64,000 nt of DNA. Source: Candidatus Opimibacter skivensis. GTDB taxonomy: Bacteria > Bacteroidota > Bacteroidia > Chitinophagales > Saprospiraceae. Numbering within the stretch: position 1 is the first letter of the stretch; each line of letters opens with the position of its first letter. Made by a program: the position numbers and the translations under genes. The notes beneath the pieces were generated by a model. It worked only from the letters and a program-made list of their open reading frames with translations, was not told the origin of the DNA and did no database searches. The stretch is taken from NCBI GenBank assembly GCA_016722045.1, contig JADKGY010000006.1, positions 19,960 through 83,959 of the forward strand. Reading direction: 5' to 3'. Shown in pieces: positions 15,601 to 21,600 of the stretch.

Positions 15601-18600
15601 CACATGTTGGACTACCCGATATAGTGACATCTGAAAATGTAATTACAGGTGACGCATCACAGGCATCGGATGCAGTTGGTGCAGTAAAGATTGGAATTGA
15701 AGGACAGTTAATTGTTATGGGTCCTCCCTGACCTGATAATACAGGGGCTGTTACATCATGTACCGTGATCGTCTGACTTACAGGTGCTGAAACATTTCCG
15801 CATGCATCAGTTGCTATCCACGTCCTGGTCACGCTATAATTTCCTGCACATGTCGGGCTACCGGCTACAGTCACATCCGAAAATGTAATCACCGGTGCAG
15901 CATCACATGCATCCGTTGCCGTTGGCGCCGTAAAACCTGGTACAGCAGGACAGTTTATTGTTGTCGCTATTCCCTGACCAGATAATACCGGTGCAGTAAC
16001 ATCACGTACTGTGATCGTCTGGCTCACAGGTGCGGATACATTTCCACATGCATCTGTTGCTATCCATGTCCTTGTCACACTATAATTTCCTGCGCATGTC
16101 GGACTACCCGCTACTGTGACATCTGAAAATGTTATCACCGGTGCTCCATCACATGCATCCGTTGCTGTTGGTGCCGTGAAGCTTGGTGTTGCAGGACAAT
16201 TTATGGTTACCGCTCCTCCCTGACCTGATAAAACGGGTGCTGTAACGTCATGTACTGTGATCGTCTGGCTCACAGGCGCTGATACATTTCCACATGCATC
16301 CATTGCTATCCATGTCCTTGTCACGCTATAATTTCCTGCGCATGACGGGCTACCAGCTACGGTGATATCTGAAAATGTAACCACAGGTGCCACATCACAT
16401 GCATCAGTTGCTGTTGGTGCAGTGAAGCTTGGTGTTGCAGGACAATTTATGGTTAATGCTCCTCCCTGACCTGATAAAACGGGTGCTGTTAAATCATGTA
16501 CTGTTATCGTCTGGCTCACAGGTGCGGATACATTTCCACATGCATCCGTTGCTATCCATGTCCTGGTCACACTATAATTTCCTGCGCATGCTGGACTACC
16601 AGCTACTGTGACATCTGAAAATGTTATCACCGGTGCTCCATCACACGCATCTGTTGCTGTTGGTGCAATGAAGCTTGGTGTTGCAGGACAATTTATGGTT
16701 ACCGCTCCGCCCTGACCTGATAAAACGGGTGCTGTTACATCATGTACTGTTATCGTTTGGCTTACAGGTGCGGATACATTCCCACATGCATCCGTTGCTA
16801 TCCATGTCCTTGTCACACTATAATTTCCTGCACATGTTGGACTACCAGCTACAGTGACATCTGAAAATGTAATCACAGGTGCCACGTCACACGCATCTGC
16901 TGCCGTTGGTGCAGTGAAGCTTGGCATCGCAGGACAATTTATTGTTATTGCTCCGCCCTGGCCTGATAAAACGGGTGCTGTAATATCATGTACTGTTATC
17001 GTTTGGCTTACAGGTACGGATACATTTCCACATGCATCCGTTGCTATCCATGTCCTTGTCACACTATAATTTCCTGCGCATGTCGGGCTACCAGCTATGG
17101 TCACATCCGAAAATGTAATCACAGGTGCCACATCACACGCATCTGTTGCTGTTGGTGCAGTGAAGCTCGGTGTTGCAGGACAATTTATTGTTATTGCTCC
17201 GCCCTGACCTGATAAAACGGGTGCTGTTACATCATGTACTGTTATCGTTTGGCTTACAGGTGCGGATACATTTCCACATGCATCCGTTGCTATCCATGTT
17301 CTGGTCACACTATAATTTCCTGCACATGCTGGGCTACCAGCTAAGGTCACATCCGAAAATGTAATCACCGGTGCAGCATCACATGCATCCGTTGCTGTTG
17401 GCGCAGTAAAACTTGGTACTGTAGGACAGTTTATTGTTGTCGCTATTCCCTGACCTGATAAGACTGGCGCAGTAACATCTTGTATATGGATAGTCTGTGA
17501 CGTCGTAGAAGAATTCCCACATCCATCCGTAGCTGTCCATGTTCTTGTCACACTGTAAGATCCTGCGCAGGCTCCGGCACTGCTTACATCATTAAACGTA
17601 AGTGTGTATGAACCTCCGCATGCATCGCTTGCTGTAGCAATGGTGAATGAAGGTGTCGCAGGACAATTAATCGTCGTCGGAGCAGGAAGCGATGAAATTA
17701 CAGGCGGCGTGATATCCTCTACATGAATGGTATGGACAATATTTGCACTTGTATTTCCACATGCATCCGTCACCTTATAAATTCTTGTCACCACTATCGG
17801 ACAAGTACCTGTCGAACTCTCACTACTTGAAACCGCCAATGAACTATGCGCAGTGCAATTGTCTGTTACCACCAGGTTTCCTGTCAAAGCCTCAAGTGCT
17901 CCAATCGTTGTGACAGCAACTGGCGCATCGCCTGCACTACATCCTTGTAAAGTTGTAAGGCTAAGACTACCGGTTACCACAGGTACCGTATTATCAATAA
18001 CTGTTACAACTTTCGTACAGTTTGAACTGCAGGAATTCCCATCAGTGACAGTAATGGATAAAGTAAAATCAGAATTACAATTCACACCGGCATCAACAGT
18101 TACTGATTGGCTTGTAGAACTTCCTATAATACTTCCGCTACCTGATATGCTCCATGAATAAGATAACCCGGATGGTGCTGTAAATACATTTCCAATTGAC
18201 GAAGGACACACAATTGCAGAACCCGTAATTGAACAAACCGGAAGAGGATTGACGGTAATTACAATACAATTACTTACAGCTTCACAAGCGACACTATTCA
18301 ATGTAGAGATTGTTATGCGTCTGAAATATTTAGTTTGCGTAAGACCTGAAGGCGGATCATAAGTAGGAGAAGTAGCTCCGCTGATGGCACTAAATCCATT
18401 ACTGCAATTCACTATACTCGATTCCCAACGATATGTAATAACTCCCGTACCGGTCGATGCTGTTGTTACGGTAAATGGTGCGGGATCATCACCTGAACAT
18501 ATGGTTTGATCAACTGCCACAACACCTGGTGTCACACTATTTACTACCCAGCTCACCAGAGTAGTAAAGCCGGTTCCGTTACAACCAGATCCGGATGTAC

Positions 18601-21600
18601 AATTTCCACGACTTGCCTGGATCAGAACAACTGTCGCACCTGTGGTGCTGATCGTACTACCAGGTGTATAAGGATTCCATGTCGATCCATTATTTGTGCT
18701 GTATTGATAACTGTCACTACACCCGGTGCCACCTGTACCAGCATTAAATGTCGCGCTTACATTTGTACCTGCACAAACTGTAGAGACATTAGGTGTGATT
18801 ACATTAACTGTCGGACTTGTTGGTTGTGGTACAACAGCCCAACTAGCCAAAGTGACATAGCTTGTACCATTACATCCTGATCCACTGGCGCAATTAGCGC
18901 GACGTCCCTGAATCACTATTGTACTTGTTGCTGAACCTCCCACATTACTACTGGGAGTATAGGCAGAAGGCGACCCACCATCGATGATGACGAGATAATC
19001 ATCTGAACATCCATCACCACCTGATCCTGAAGTGAAAGTTGCACTCACGACCTGACCTGTACAAATGGTCGCGTTCGTCGGTGTCTTGACATTTAAGGCG
19101 GGGCCTACTGGCTGGGATACTACAGTGACACTTTGTGATGCTGTATTTGTAGCCCCATTTGCATCAGTGATGGTGACTGTATACGTTTGACTTGATGTAA
19201 GTGTAGCAATGACGACCGAACCCGATGTAGTATTCAATCCTGTAGCCGGTGACCAGCTATATGTGTAGCCTGGTGTTCCATCAGCTCCTGTAGCGTTAAG
19301 TGTAGCCGATGCACCGGAACAAATAATAGCAGAAGCAGGATTTATACCTATCGTTACAGTAGGGTCACTATTGTCAATACCGGCAAAATCTGAAAATCCA
19401 GTCACACCATTTGCAACTATGAGATTTGACACGTCATTTACCAGAGAAAATTTTTGCCATGGTGCAGATCCATTCCATTTCGCCGTGATGATGTTTGTTT
19501 CGGTTCCATTGATGTCCGCATCGACATATTGTCCTGTCACGTCACAACTGAAAGAGCTTATTCCCGATGGATTGACCTTCCAGTATCGTGACAGATAATT
19601 TAGCGTACTGGCATCATTTGGATGTTTTGCATCTGTCAGCCTAACGCCAGCATAAGCACTGGAAAATGTGCCTGCAGTAAAATTTAATGACAGAGGTGAA
19701 TATTCGGTGGTTCCAGTGACATCACCAACAGGGAAAGTAAAACTTCCCGTTCCTGAAAAATTCTTCCTTAGTTCACCCGTACCATCCGCTACGATCATAT
19801 TAGATGCATTGAGTGTTCCCGCAATAGCCGGCGCAGATGAACCTAACGTTAGTATTTTTGTACCAAGCGATATCCTCCCATTCGTTAATGTCAATTGATT
19901 ATTCACACTTTCGTTATTGCCCAGGGATACACCATTCGTATTGTCTATTTCAAGATCATATAAAACAGATGCTGTAGTTCCGTTAATTAATTGAGCAGAA
20001 CTTCCGTTGAATTTTAATTTTCCATTATTGTGATTAAAGACATTATTGTTGACGAAATCACCTGCAAGGTTTAGAACTCCTGCTGTAGACGTCAGTGAGC
20101 CGGCATTGATGGTTAGATTTTTTAAGGTCTTGTCATTGCCTGCAAAACTTAAACCTCCGCTTCCTGCTTTGGTTAAATTTAAAGTAGCGTGATTAATTGT
20201 ACCCCCTAGTGTAAGTGTACCTGCACTAACCGTTATCTGTCGATTTGCATTTAATGTCGTAGTCCCTGTCCCCAAATTCAGATCATTCGGATTGGAACCA
20301 CTATAGGCAAAATCCGCATTCAGGGCTATGGGATAATTGCCCGTAGTGATATCTGCTCCTGAATTATTATCGATCACGCCACCATTAATGGTAAATGTTC
20401 CGGCAGTTGTACCCAATGCACTTGCATTATTAATATTCAGTGTTCCCGCATTTAGAGTCGTGCCTCCGGTGTAATCATTTGCTCCGGATAGTGTGAGGGT
20501 TCCGGCACCCGATTTAGTTAAACTTAAGCCTGATCCGCTGATTGTACCACCAACCGTAAGTGTATTCGCATTTAAAGTTAATAAACGGCTCTCCTGCATT
20601 GTCACTGCACCTGTTCCTAGATTAAGGGATCGTGTTCCTGTAAAAGTGAAATCATCGTTCCATGCCATTGGATAATTCAACGTTGTGATTGATGATGCAG
20701 TAGTATTGTCAATTACACCTCCATTGATTACGAATGTTCCGGCGGCAGTTCCCAGTGCATTTGAATTATTAATATTCAATGTACCTGCATTCAATACAGC
20801 GCCTCCTGTAAATGTATTTGTCCCTGTAAGTGTCAGTATTCCGTTTCCGTTTTTAGTCAGGCTAAGTCCTGATCCACTGATCACACCGCCAACTGTCAAT
20901 GTGCTCGCGGCTGCATTGACCAGACGATTCTCCTGCAAGGCAACTGTTCCTATTCCAAGATTCAATGCATTTGTCCCTGTAAACGTAAAATCGTCATTCC
21001 AATTCATCGGATAATTCAATGTGGTAATTGATGCGCCACTGGTATTGTCGATAGTTGTTGAATTTCCTGTTCCGCCGATTGTAAATGTTCCTGCGATTGT
21101 ACCCAGTGCATTGGCATGATTGATGTTCAATTTTCCATTGCTCAGTGTTACTCCTCCTGTGAACGTATTATTATTTGAAAGGGTCCATGTACCTGTTCCA
21201 TCTTTATTGAGAGCACCACTACCTGAGATAACACCACTGATAAGATTTGCACTTGTCGATGCGCCCTGGAGATAAAGTGTGTTTGATCCAAGGCCGACAG
21301 CACCTGAGAGTGTGAGTAATCCTGAAACACTTCCGACTTTTGTAGTAGCGCCATTGATTGTGACTGCCCCACTCCATGCATTTGTTCCACTCACATTGCA
21401 GAGTGCGCCTTCGCTTCCTGCGCCACCATCTCCTGCAAGGGTTAATGCTTCAGTTCCTACTGTGATATTATTTTCCAATTCCAGTTTTGCGCCGCTTGCT
21501 ACAGTGACGCCTCCTGCTGTTGTACCGGTGGCTGTATTATTTCGGATATTTAAGATTCCTGCATTTATAGCGGTTGCTCCGGTGAATGTGTTTGCATTTG

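Noticed and set aside
1-17500. Regular 240-bp direct repeats, considered as a possible CRISPR-like array
   Set aside because: Units are contiguous with no unique spacers. The period of 240 bp is far longer than CRISPR repeats, and the units are in-frame protein-coding Ig modules. There are no cas genes.
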